Part shown: one piece after another, positions 1 through 12,529 of the stretch
Numbering within the stretch: the first letter of the stretch is position 1
Layout: each line of letters begins with the position of its first letter
From: Eledone cirrhosa
Lineage: Eukaryota
Assembly: GCA_964016885.1 (NCBI GenBank)
Contig: OZ024743.1
Span: forward strand, 101,866,001-101,930,000
Direction of reading: 5' to 3'
Length of the DNA: 64,000 nt
Made by a program: the position numbers and the translations under genes
The notes under the pieces: generated by a model
Database searches by the model: none
What the model saw: only the letters and a program-made list of their open reading frames with translations
Told to the model about the DNA's origin: nothing

Positions 1-39
1 ATTAACAAAATCGATGGAGCGATATTTCTTCCAGCACTT

Positions 40-200
40 TAGGTTCTGAGTTCAAATCCCGCAGAGGTTAACTTTACCTTCCATCCTCCAGGACTCGATA
101 AAATAAAGTACTAATCAAGTACTGCTGACAATGTAATCAACTTCACCGCTCCGCTAACTTTAAAATTGTTGGCCTTGTTCCTAAATTAGAATCTATTTAT
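40..200 (+). mobile_element. tRNA-derived SINE (abundant octopus-type family), degenerate copy
   Basis: B-box-like GAGTTCAAATCCC followed by the family body 'gaggttaactttaccttccatcc...gataaaataaagtac' and the 'ggccttgttcctaaattagaa' end. Further decayed copies at ~768-880(+), 1000-1212(-), 2340-2470(-), 3250-3380(-), 4150-4325(-), 4425-4550(+), 5240-5395(-), 9345-9450(-), 38305-38400(+). Confidence 0.75.
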
Positions 201-2789
201 ACAGTAGGTCAAACCAAACAATAACTTCATTACCTTCAACCAGATGTCCCTGGACGTCAATATAGTAGACTTCCACTGATAGGAGATTTTTATCTCTATT
301 TACCTAACAAATGACAATACACTTTGCAACACGGTGCTACTTTTTATCTCACACTAATATGATTTACTATTTAATCATTACTTACAGAGTCAGAAAGCAA
401 ATTTCAGTGAAGAGAAAGGTTATAGTTGATGGCATCATTTGTACTTCTCTTATAAACACGGGGAAATGAGAAACAAAGTTGTTCGTAGCACGATTTGAAT
501 AAATAATTCAGTAGGGTGTATTTATATACTGCAATGTAATGTATCAATTCCTGCGTTTTACTACATCATACGTCTCGATATCTCTTCGATTTTCTATCCA
601 ATATTATTTGTTGGAACCACTGAGATTTAGTGTTATTTACTTGAGTGACTGCCATTTACACACATGGAACATCCCCACAATGATGTGATTACCTATGTCT
701 ATATCAACAATGTGACGCCTTCTTTTCTTTATCGAATTTGTTAATCAATCAAAACAAATGTGAACATTGCTTTTCATCCTTTTTTGGTCAATAAAATAAA
801 ATATCAATCCAGTCCTGGTATCGATATAACCAACCACCTCCCGATTTCCATCCTTGTGCTTATGTTAGAAATCATTTTATAGTGTGGAGTCTATCACACT
901 TGAAGTTACACCAGTTGTAAGACTTGAAATTGAGGCCACAAAGAAAGAAAACCTTTTTTTGAAGGCGTGTATGATCTGTTCGTAACACGTAATGTTGATT
1001 TCTAATATAAGTACAAGCTCAACATATTTTGGGGAAGGACAAAGTTATTTAAGTTAACCATAGTACTTGACTGCTATTTTGTTTAATCGACTCCGGAAAT
1101 ATGAGGGTCAAGGTTGTCCTCGGTGGGATGTGAACTCAGAAAGTAACGAACCAGAACAAATACCACAACTGTATATTATTCGACACTCTACCAGTTTTGC
1201 TAAACCACTACTCTAGTGACATATTTAATTCAAAGGTTTTACTATAACGAACCCCCCCCCCAAAAAAAAAAAAAACATACAAAGACAAAAAGTAAATACA
1301 AACAACAACAAATAAATGAAATAATGAAATAAATCACATAAACACAGAAAAAATAATAAAACTCATTTAACTCCAGTTTATAGTTTGCTGAATAAAAGTC
1401 TATTTTTATACCAAATTATATTAAAACATCAAATTGAATTGATGTTCCAGACGTTTGATCCGAAGTGAACACCCACTTTATAAATTGTTGAATAAACGTC
1501 ATAATTTTATTGATCTTAAGTAAAATGATGCAACGTCTATACTATTATAAACTTCTTCTTATACCGACTTATTATACTTCAGCCACAAATATCGCCTAGC
1601 AATGAAAATAATTTCCTAATAAACAGCATTAAAAAATAGTTAATGAAACGTAAATGACTTTTGCTAACCTGTACATGAAATAAATATGCACAGAAAATTC
1701 TAGACAGGAACACATTGGAATTGACTTTCTTGCCGTCTTCTTCCGGTTGGAATTTAATGCAAGCAAGCAACTGAAATACGAGTTAACTACACATCAATGT
1801 CACTAATTAGAGCGATAATTATTACAAACTTACGATATCAGTCAGTCTCTAAATGGTTCTTAGACTGGATAGAAATAGTAGTTAAATATACTTCGTCACT
1901 AATCTTACGTCAGTAAAAAGAAAAACGCGCATTAAATATAGTTGTAAATATAACGATAAGACAGGATGTTTACGGCTTGAATGCTTTTGATAATAGTTAT
2001 GACCGATTATGTTTGACCTTCAGCTAAACAAGAAAGAGGAAGATGAAGTAGAAGAAGATGAAGTGCAATGGAGTGTGAAGATAAAACTGAGTGTTTTGAA
2101 TTACAAAGACATTGAAATGTTGATGACGAAATACAAATTTGGAAAAATTCGATTTAAAGGTGGATTCAATATTAACTCGGCCATCTAAACGTCTCAGGTA
2201 AATAGACATTAATAAGGTTGACAAAGGGCCTTTAATTCCAGACGCCCTCCTGACACACGGCGTATCTTGGGCATTTAAAACCCTGCGGAGCGTATACCTA
2301 TCAATGTCGGAATACAATCGAGTTTTTCCATAGAAAGAAAAGATCGACCCACAATTCTAGGCTGGTACTTTATTTATTAAACTTTAAAGGATGAAAGGCA
2401 AAGTTGACCTCAGTGGGAGTTGAACTTAGAACAGGGTAAACTGGAACATAAGGACTCTGTCAGTTCACCCCCTTTATTGATATGGATATCAACCTTATGT
2501 ACACTTCCATACATTTTGATGTAACAGTTGATTATAGGGCTGGATTAAGATCTTTAGAAATTCTAAGTGTTGAAAAGATTATGGTACCTCCATATGCTGT
2601 ATATGCTATTTCGGGTTCCCTCTTTATTCGAGGCCCTAAGCACGTGTTTATATTCGAGGAAAAAAACCTCAGAAAATAATTTCATTTTAGTTTTATATTT
2701 GATTTTCTATATGAAAAGTATAACTTGCGCTTTCATCTGCAATCTTGTGAAGTGGAGAAGGTGAGTGAAATAGACCTCTGTCACTTTCG

Positions 2790-3090
2790 ACGATGAGTAT
2801 TTCAGTTGTTTGATCAACGGAATAGGCAGGCTCATATTCCACAGACATGTGTACACTTAACGTAATTCTCAAAGAGATTCAGCGTGACTCAGTGTGTGAC
2901 AAGGTTGACCATTTGAATTGCAGGTACATTCCATCTGATGGGCTTCCAAACAGTTTCCGTCTAACAAATTTCACTCACAAGATGTGGCTCGTCTCGAGCT
3001 ACGGTAAATGACACTTACTAAAAATGCCAGGCAGTGGGATCGAACTCGGGACTTAATAATTGCGAGAAAGTCTTTACCATTAACCATGCT
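2790..3090 (-). mobile_element. Composite interspersed repeat ending in a minus-strand tRNA-derived SINE head
   Basis: Similar sequence recurs at ~48900-49215 ('tattccacagacatgtgtacacttaa...attcagcgtgac...gtgacaagg...ttgaatt'). B-box complement 'gggatcgaactc' near 3037-3048. Confidence 0.55.
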
Positions 3091-4946
3091 GCAGAAGTGA
3101 GTCAACATTTTCTGACTAAATGAAAATTATCAATATTTTTAATAAGCAATTTATCGAAAATACAGTGAATTGAAGTGACTCATTTACTTTAGGTATAAAT
3201 AAACAAGGGCAACTCAGGATATGGCTACAACTGTATCAATTTCTGACTTGAAGGGGGAAGAATAAAGTGACCCAGTATTTGACTGGTTCTTTATTTTATC
3301 GACTCGGAAAAATGAAAGATAAATCTGCACGATTGGAACTCAGAAGTAAAAGAACGCAACTAAATACTGCAGGTTATTCTGCCAAAAATAAGTATTCATT
3401 ATGAAAATTATCTAACGCATGAATGAAAACCTGATACAAATTGATTTATATATCTTCTCAAACGAAACAAAACTATTACAGAATGATGTATCCGGTATCT
3501 TATCAACTTGACATTTGTATCAATATGGTCACCGATTGAAGGAAACGGTTGGCACGTATCATTTAAAATGACTTCTCCATAACATGGCATTAACAAAAGA
3601 TCTGCTTTTACACGACACTTAGTTAAGGCCTTAGAAGAGGTTATTGTCGGGAACATAATAGAAGTAAATTTCCAAATTCTCGTTCACGGTAACACAATAT
3701 AGTATAAAATTAAAAAAGGAATTATAAAAATGGTAGGAGCTACGCTTTGTCACACTAATACTATTCTTGAGATAAGCAGATACATCATTAAATTCAATTA
3801 TCGTAACTCTAAAAGTCAGAGCCACGTTTCTAATCAAAAGACGATATCTTGACGTAGAAAGAAGAAAGAAGTGAGGCCACGGAACTTGCCTCAATTTGTT
3901 ACATTAAGGCAGATTAAAACTCACCAGTTACAATTCACTAAAGTTATATTTTAGAACATATAACATAAACAATTAAGACTTTTATACTTTTCCTACGGTG
4001 TAAATGAATACACCAAACCTAATCTAAACATTGTAATTACTTACTGTTGGATGTAATCAGACTTAGGTATCATAACTATGGAATCAAATTAGTAATGGAA
4101 ATGAGTAAAGTAAAGGGCACTTAACTCCTAGTGGAGTCTGAGGGGTGTCGTCATGACACAGGAATTATTGATCCCCAGTACTGGACCATAACTTTCTTTA
4201 TTGACCTCGAAAGGATGAAAGGCAAAGTAGAATCTACGGCATATGAAATCACAGCGCTGTGAGCCGGAACAGTACCGATACATTTTTAAGCCGATACCCT
4301 AACGACTCTGACAATTCACCGCCTGAACCCCCCCCCCCCCTCCAAAACAAACAAACGCAAAATTACAGTTATCCAACCTTAATTGATTTAATTGACAATT
4401 ATGATTTCCTAAATTACAGAATTTGGGAGGCAAACTGGCAGAGTCGTTAAGAATACTTTGCAATAATCGTTCTGGCTATCTGTATCCAAATCCTACGGAG
4501 GTAGGTTTGCCATTTATCCTTCAAAAGTTAAAAAAAGAAAAATGTACCAGTCTAGTTCATTCTTTCTTAATATATCTTTCCCACTCTCCCGCTCTTTCCT
4601 TTATTCTCTAGAAGAAGTCATCTCTGTTCAGACCTGGAGAGATGATGGGCACTGCCAGGTTTTAAATGCCCAAGAATCACCGTATACCACGATTGTATAC
4701 CATCTATTACATCAGGAGTTATGCTTACATACATAGATATATACAAACTATCATATTGTGCATTAAAAGTTTTCCTTGATTTGTGAAACATCTAGAATGT
4801 TCTCTGGTTTACAGATTACTCTATATGATTAATTATCTGAACCCTTTCATATTACTAACAGCAATACAATTAATTACGTTTATATTTTCATAAAAATACA
4901 ATACATACACACACACAGAGGCACATGCACTCTCTCTCTCTCTCTT

Positions 4947-4979
<33 letters not shown>

Positions 4980-5151
4980 TACTATCCCAAAATATATGAT
5001 ATTCTTTAAGAAACATATTTTTCCGGTGAACTAAAATGAATATAGATTTTTTATTTTCAAAACTCGACAAAAGGATAAAACAGAAAAATGTATTATCTAT
5101 TCAAAGAAATAATGTACGTATGGACCCGTAAGTCCAAGTCTGAACACAGCA

Positions 5152-5156
<5 letters not shown>

Positions 5157-5236
<80 letters not shown>
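5157..5236. repeat. (GA)n microsatellite
   Basis: Direct inspection. Many other (TA)n/(CA)n tracts occur, e.g. 8335-8530, 22075-22225, 23944-24470, 33510-33665, 33875-34045, 40505-40620, 45597-45703. Confidence 0.95.
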
Positions 5237-5239
<3 letters not shown>

Positions 5240-7161
5240 TACAAAATCGACCTCAGTATTAGACTGATACTTTATTTATCGACCTCGAAAACCAATCTTG
5301 ACTGACAACAACGGAATTTCAACCCAAAGAACAGAAACCATTACAGTAAATCATTTTATTCGACGTTCTAACAACTCTTGAAATGCACCGCCAGCAAAAA
5401 TATAATAAATTAAGAAATACATAAGATTTCAGTTTTTAAAGATTGCAACGATAACAATCAGTTCAAAAATGGAAAAACGAATTATTATTGACCATCCTTG
5501 TGCTATATTTTGAAAATTAGAATGTGCTGCTAATTAAATTATTGTATTAATAATACTTGGCATAGTTAGTGAGTATTGTATCGAACAATTTAATCGATTA
5601 AAGATAATGAAATTCTTCCATTAAAGAGAATAAAAAATAATTAAAGAAATTAGCTGTAAATAACTTTGTGGAGGTTGACGTATTTATTTATCAAAATTGA
5701 AAGCTCAATCCCAAATGGTTTGTTTGTCTTTGGCGTTGAAGCCACCAACGAAATTTAATTACCCTAGCTAGGACTGATAGCGTAAAGAAATTTCCGATAT
5801 TTAAACCATGCTCACAAAGGAACCCATTGTCATTGGCAGAAAGCCACACATCAACAACATTACCCTTTCCCTTTTATAGTTAAAGTTTATTAAATTCATA
5901 TAGTCATCAGTTCAATATAATTGTTTAAGTATTTCTGCAGTATAGGAAACATCGGTGGAGTAAGTAGTGGTTTTATTTTAAAGAGAGGAAATGCAAGAAA
6001 ATAGAATTAACGCCATTTTGTTTGAAACAAATATATGCCTTACATTTAACGATAAAAGTTTCTGATAAATGTTAACTTTAATTTATAAGATGGTATATCA
6101 TTTGGCTATTTACCAAAACAATAGAATCACTCATTTTGCAGTAATGCTCCAGAACAGCTTTCCTCTTTATGTGTTTAAAAAATATCTTTCTGTTAGATAG
6201 TACAGTACCAATAATATATAGAACCATGTAATGTATGGATTATATTCAATCAATTTTCTCTTGGTTTATTAATACATACTGAAGCTTTTACCTTCCAGAG
6301 GTATAAAATAAAAATCCGTCTTGATTATCAAACTTAATCTATTGTTCCAAAATAAATACAGACGTCATCGAATCAATATATTACAATATTGGAATTAAAA
6401 ACATATATTTTGTTAGAAAAGTTAATCGAAATTCCTTTGGTAATAAAAAAACCATGCAGTATATTGATACTAGAGAGAGAAAGATATATGATTTATTTTT
6501 AATGTCTGATATACATATTGATAGGCATTGGGGAGCTGGGTATGAAAATATTGGTTGCCAGGAAGAGAAAAAAGGGGCCCACACACAACTACAATACTAT
6601 CATTTAATTTTTATATCGAATAAATTAATTTAAAAAAAAATCCTCCCTATTTCTGTGTATGCAATTGACCGTTAAATTGTAAAGTAAAAATACGGATTAT
6701 AGAATATATCAAAAATTACTTACCTTTTCCAATAAAAAGGTCGAAGCAGGATAGAGCCAAACCCGCAAAGCTAGGGCCTGCGAGGCGAGCAGGGTATAGC
6801 CCAGCGAAGAAAGATATATAGCCATATATCATTTTCTTTTTCCGGGCGCGAGAAGATTGAACTCTGAACAGTCTGTGACATTTAAAATGACGAGTTATAC
6901 AATTTTCTATCCAGTGACTGTACCACTTAACCACTAAGACTCTTCGGTCTTTAAGGCCTTTTTAAAAGTTATATTGTAAATAGTAATCTTTGGTATCTTA
7001 CGTATGGATTTGCTTAAATACTTTTCATCGTTGGATACCGAGTTCAGTTATTCTATCAAAGACTAATATTTTCTTTTATCTATTTAATTAATTTCATGTT
7101 TATCTCTACAAATAACTAATTCTCTCTCTCCCTCTCCCTCCCTCTCCCTCTCTCTCTCTCA

Positions 7162-7212
<51 letters not shown>

Positions 7213-7920
7213 CATAAAGAGAGAGAAAGACGGACTGACATGCCGACACATATATTCATAAATACGCTCGTGAATGTTGTACAAATATAGCTGAATATAC
7301 ATATACATCATCTCCTTCCCCCTTGCATTCTAGCCTTACTTTGCAACTGGAAGCCAATTTCCTTTAAAACCTCTAAATCTCAAAATATCACTTTTAGTAA
7401 CTAGAAGAAAATCAAAATATATACATATTTCTACCGCCAGTACACGTAATATAGCGAACATTTGTTCATAGATAATCGAAATACAATGCCTAATGTAAAT
7501 AAGCTTAGTTTCTAACAACGGAAATACTGAAAAATGTATCGGCTTCACCATATACTCTCAGCATCACATTGCATAACTCAATAGATCCTCCAGTTCAAAT
7601 TTTGGTTGACAAAATATGATACCAGTTTTAAAAAAAAAATCATATTCTAAACATTCATCTGTGAAAACTTCCTGCTTTATGGATTTCATTAAATATCTAT
7701 ATAATATCCTTCCATACCGGCTTCGTTTATTTTATCATTTCTCAAACACTACTATTAATATTTATTTTCATATTTTCGACTACAAACAACTAATGATATA
7801 TATATATATATATATATAGGAAAAAGTATGACCCCGACGGCAGAGCTCAAGCCGTTTCGATGGCTATTTCTGGACTCTGGTGCGTTATCGTCCATTTGGT
7901 TCCTTACCACAATTCCTTTG

Positions 7921-7958
<38 letters not shown>

Positions 7959-8074
7959 ATATATAATTATATATCATTAACAATATATATAATATATATC
8001 ATTAACAATAGTATTAACGTAATAATTTGAATTTTTAAGTTTACCGTTACGCATATATTTATATATACTTTGGA

Positions 8075-8281
8075 TCTCCGATGAAATGGTATGTTTATAT
8101 GTATTGTAAGTTGATTTGTACATCTCCAGTATTTAGCAATTTATAGACAATTCTACCATGGAAACAATTGTAGGACTATGATTAAATACACTTATTTGTT
8201 TTGTCAACCATGTTATTTATTCATTCTGACGACTGAAGACAGATGTAAATATCTGCCTTCAAGAAACCACCGGTAAATGAA
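8075..8281 (+). ncRNA. Tandem pair of type-I hammerhead ribozyme motifs (PLE pLTR-like)
   Basis: 8220-8281: ttcatt-CUGACGA-stem II (tgaag.cagat/atctg.cttca)-GAAA-ccaccgg-UA-aatgaa, with intact core. 8075-8175: CCGAUGA variant core, long stem II closed by atggta/taccat, GAAA, palindromic acaattgt, UA. Confidence 0.75.
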
Positions 8282-8334
8282 ATAATTATCTTATGTTGTT
8301 TATTACATAACTATAAATAAATAAATAAATACAT

Positions 8335-8519
<185 letters not shown>

Positions 8520-8535
8520 TGAGTGTGTGTGTTTG

Positions 8536-8830
8536 ATTATATGAGTATAAAGAAAGTGTCCAAGCGCAGAAAAGCTATAAAGATTGCTTATAAAATTGAG
8601 TGAAGACACTTAAAAGACGGAATAAGAATTTGCCAACGACCGCTATGAGGAATTCAACCCCATATCTTCCAGATATCTTCTAGACGCTAGCTGGAAAGTA
8701 TAGGGGTTCAATTCCCTATAGCCGCCGTTGGCAACTTCTTTTTCTGTCTTTTAAGGCTGTTTATCCTATTTTATAAACTATCTTTACAGCATTTCTGCGC
8801 TTCAAGCACTTTCTTTAGACTTATATAATT
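8536..8830. repeat. ~295 bp imperfect foldback (MITE-like palindrome)
   Basis: Arms are reverse complements (aagcgcagaaa/tttctgcgctt; ttgccaacg/cgttggcaa; aacccc/ggggtt), centre ~8680. Confidence 0.8.
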
Positions 8831-8914
8831 ACATATATTCTCGTCGCTTCAAAAACCGAAAATTCGGCTTCGTACATTATTTATATAAATATATATATAC
8901 ATATATTAATTATT

Positions 8915-9060
8915 TATTAAAATAACAGATTAAAGTTTAAGCAAAGAATCGCTGCTTTCACCCTTAACGGGATCTTCTGAAACTAAAAAATCAATCTGTG
9001 AACGCTGAAGTAAATATTTCGAAAAATGTTGCAACCGAAGGAAAACAGGAAGACAATACT
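8915..9060 (-). repeat. ~145 bp interspersed repeat
   Basis: Reverse complement of copies at 24510-24654 and 36341-36485 ('gtatcgtcttcctgttttccttc...ccgttaagggtgaaagc...ttaaactttaatctgttattttaat'). Confidence 0.8.
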
Positions 9061-9579
9061 TATGGTATAAATGAAGTCGTAGACTAATATTCTATTTAGG
9101 TGGTTCGTGGAGACGTTCCCTGGCAATGAACGGAAAAAAGATAATACGTCATTATGTGGAGCGGTGAGAACAATTACACGCAAAACCACGTTTATGGTAT
9201 AAATGAAGTCGTAGACTAATATTCTATTTAGCAAACCGAATGATTCTCGGTTTCAGAGTTAATAATAATGTGAATAAATTACAGAGGTTACAGAATATAT
9301 TTTTTTACACCGTTTGTAAAATAAGTTGGATTATTTTGAATAAATAATTGTTTCTACTTCTGGCAAAGGCCAGCAATTATCCCAGTGTATTACTGGTACT
9401 TTATTTTATCGACCCCGTAAGGATGAAAGGAAAAGTTAACCTCGACGGGATGTGCCAAATTTCGTGACTGTTGATTAAATATATTTTATAGCTTATTTAA
9501 AGATCTTTAAAATTCAATTCTTTAAAATTATCAAATGTCAACACTTCCGGTTAACGGCCATTATATTATAACACTTATA

Positions 9580-9770
9580 TAAGGCGGTGGATTGGCAGTA
9601 TCCGTAGAGGGTCGGACATGCTTTCCAGCCTAGTTACGTCGTTTTACGATCTGAGTTCAAATCCCGCCGAGGTTAACTTTGCCTTTCATCCTTACGGGGT
9701 CGATAAAATAAAATACCAGTAATGTACTGGAAAATTGGTGGCCTTGTGCCAAAAGTAGAAACAATTATTT
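9580..9770 (+). mobile_element. Full-length tRNA-derived SINE with target-site duplication
   Basis: A-box-like ggcggtggattggcag, B-box gagttcaaatccc, tail gtagaaacaattatt. TSD tataacacttata at 9566-9578 and 9771-9783. Confidence 0.9.
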
Positions 9771-10406
9771 TATAACACTTATAATCGCATATATTTTCTC
9801 CTAATGCAGTTTATATATAATGTCTTATTTTTAATATATCATGGATTACTGATTACAGAAGACAGTGTAACATAGGCTTTGTTTAATTTCTGTGTATATT
9901 GTCAATTACGATTTTATTTGATGTATCATATTTACATGCATATATATTTGTGTATAATATCAATATACACACTACACATGCTAGCACCCCCCCCCCGTAG
10001 GGTGGTTTTTCCTGCTAGTACATATAATTATATAAACGTATATAAATATACAAGCATAAATGCGCACACATATCTACAGGTAAATACACATGTGTTCGCT
10101 AAACGTACGTCAACCAAAACACAAAGTACACATATAAGCACCCTACATACGTGCAAACCCGCATACACACACAAACGCAAAATACACGTATACACATAAC
10201 CATATACACATGTACCAGTATATATAATATATACACCTATAACAAATACAAGAAAATATACGTACGAGATAGTATACGTACCTTCACAAAACATACAGGT
10301 AATATATACTTACCTATACAAATAAGTAATGGTATAAACATAAAATATACATAGCTACCACATCAAGACGTAAATTATCCGCGTATTGTTCATACTATCT
10401 GTTAGG

Positions 10407-10945
10407 CTATAATGTGGGGCTGCAATACAGGAGAGTTTTATGCAATTCATGTTTACAAACCGAAATTGCCTCAGATTTTTTATTTAAGATGTCGTCATTG
10501 GCGTAGAGTATTTCCAGGGCTTCAGTGGCGCAGATATCGCATGGTCTTTTATCTCCGTTATACGATCTAGTCCTAGCTAGGATCTCCCAGTGTAACCTAT
10601 ATTGGGTGTGGTTGTCTTCTAGACTCCAGATATAAGCTGAACTTGACGTCATATTCCTTCTTCAAGGGTTAAGAAAAGAATGGGTATGCATGTAAAGACG
10701 CTGCTTGAATCTATTGGCAGTTAACCCTATGTAGGCCCTACGGGACGTGGGTGTTTCAACCTTACATTTGTAGATAATCTTACTGGAGAGGCATTTCCCA
10801 GATAGGGATTAGTCAACCCGATTCCTACAATTACAGTTAGTACTAGCTACAGGGTTGCACGCGTTCCTACGGCTAGATAATTTAGCTAAATTTGAAGCAG
10901 TGATGTTAGGTGCAAGGTTAGGTGTCGTAGAGTAAGACGCCAGTC
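10407..10945 (-). pseudogene. Naiad-type Penelope-like element, GIY-YIG endonuclease 3' fragment
   Basis: Minus translation NCNCRNRVD*SLSGKCLSSKIIYKC...AYIGLTANRFKQR...HTHSF...WEILARTRSY...CDICATEALEIL...LNKKSEAISVCKH. Confidence 0.85.
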
Positions 10946-10971
10946 TATCGCAGTGTTAAACCTCCAGTTAT

Positions 10972-11105
10972 TACTGGTACTCATTTTCAGCTGAGTATAT
11001 TGGAGCAACGTGAAATGAAGTGTTTTGCTCAAGAACACAACATGCAACCCAGGAATCGAACCCACGACGTCAAGTCCAACACACTTACCACTAGGCCACG
11101 TGCCA

Positions 11106-11108
<3 letters not shown>
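10972..11108 (-). mobile_element. tRNA-head CORE-type SINE, 5' part
   Basis: Reverse complement resembles the head and core of the copy at 38986-39255 (A/B boxes, 'cacttcatttc.cgttgctcca.tatactcagct.aaaatgagtaccag'). Confidence 0.75.
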
Positions 11109-11140
<32 letters not shown>

Positions 11141-11147
<7 letters not shown>

Positions 11148-12448
11148 CGTATACATACTTATATATATATATATATATATATACGTACATACATATATGT
11201 ATACAGACGTACAGTAGTATGTATATATATATATACATACATGCACACATATATATATATGTACGTTTGGATTCACCGAACATTTATTATAATGCTCGGT
11301 GTGTTTGTAAACAAACATCCCGTATTAAGCCGTACAGTGTCTAGCAACCATCGTTGCTTATTTGTTCAACACTGACAAAGGAACGATGTACTAGTTTCAA
11401 GCTTATTAGCTATCGTCAGCAACGTATACCTTCCTGCCAGATGGTTGAACGTCTGAAAGTATATACTTTCCTTATGCATATCAACGGCTGAGCAGTCTTA
11501 TTTGCATATCGAGTGAGTTAATCGGCCGGTGTACCGAAAACGATAAACGGAAAAAATGAAACGAAATTTCATTTCTCACTCTGAGTACGGCTGTTACTTA
11601 AATATAAGTATGTATACGTACATACATATATGTATACAGACGTAAAGTAGTATGTATGTATATATACATACATGCACACATATATATATATGTACGTATG
11701 GATTCACCGAACATTTATTATAATGCTCGGTGTGCTTGTAAACAAACATCCCGTATTAAACCGTACAGTGTTTTGGTAAACCACGTCACCTTTTTGTTCA
11801 ACAAAAATGTGACGTGGTTGCCTGAAAGTATATACTTTTTTTTGTTTACAAACACACCGAGTATTATAATAAATGTTCGGCGAATCCATACGTACATATA
11901 TATATGTGTGCATGTATGTATATATATATACATACTACTGTACGTCTGCATACATATACGTATGTACGTATACATACTTATATTTAAGTAACAGCCGTAC
12001 TAAGAGTGAGAAATGAAATTTCGTTTCATTTTTTCCGTTTATCGCTTTCGGTACTCCGGCCGATTAACTCACTCGATATGCAAATTGGGCTGCTCAGCCG
12101 TTAATATACTTTCAGACGTTCAATCATCTGGCAGGATGGTATGTGTTGCTGTCGATAGCTAATAAGCTTGAAACTAGTACATCGTTTCTTTGTCAGTGTT
12201 GAACAAATGAGCAACGATGGTTGCTAGACACTGTACGGCTTAATAGGGGATGTTTGTTTACAAACACTCCGAGCATTATAATAAATGTTCGGTGAATCCA
12301 TACGTACATATATATATGTGTGCATGTATGTATATATATATACATACTACTGTACGTCTGTATACATATATGTATGTACGTATACATACTTATATTTAAG
12401 TATCAGCCGTACTAAGAGTGAGAAATGAAATTTCGTTTCATTTTTTCC

Positions 12449-12449
<1 letters not shown>
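11141..12449. mobile_element. Retrozyme-like HHR element family A: two ~1.5-mer arrays in inverted orientation
   Basis: Minus block 11141-~11795 (period ~431) and plus block ~11800-12449 (period ~411). HHR at 11383-11425(-) and 12143-12185(+, core mutated to CUGUCGA). No ORF. Flanked by (TA)n. Confidence 0.85.
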
Positions 12450-12520
<71 letters not shown>

Positions 12521-12529
12521 TAAAAGAGA

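Noticed and set aside
2010-2205. Possible plus-strand exon (ttcag acceptor 2023, caggtaaat donor ~2197)
   Set aside because: All three frames contain stops before the donor and no recognisable domain.
3408-3894. Two overlapping minus-strand ORFs that could be a frameshifted pseudo-exon
   Set aside because: No identifiable motif; length compatible with chance.
4575-4740. Pyrimidine tract plus AG followed by a 40-codon frame
   Set aside because: No recognisable protein and no linked exons; cannot be supported without transcripts.
7310-7610. Acceptor-like site and Cys-containing frames
   Set aside because: Multiple stops, no confident domain.
9060-9231. 40-bp direct repeat 131 bp apart
   Set aside because: Probably a local duplication within a repeat element; no further structure seen.
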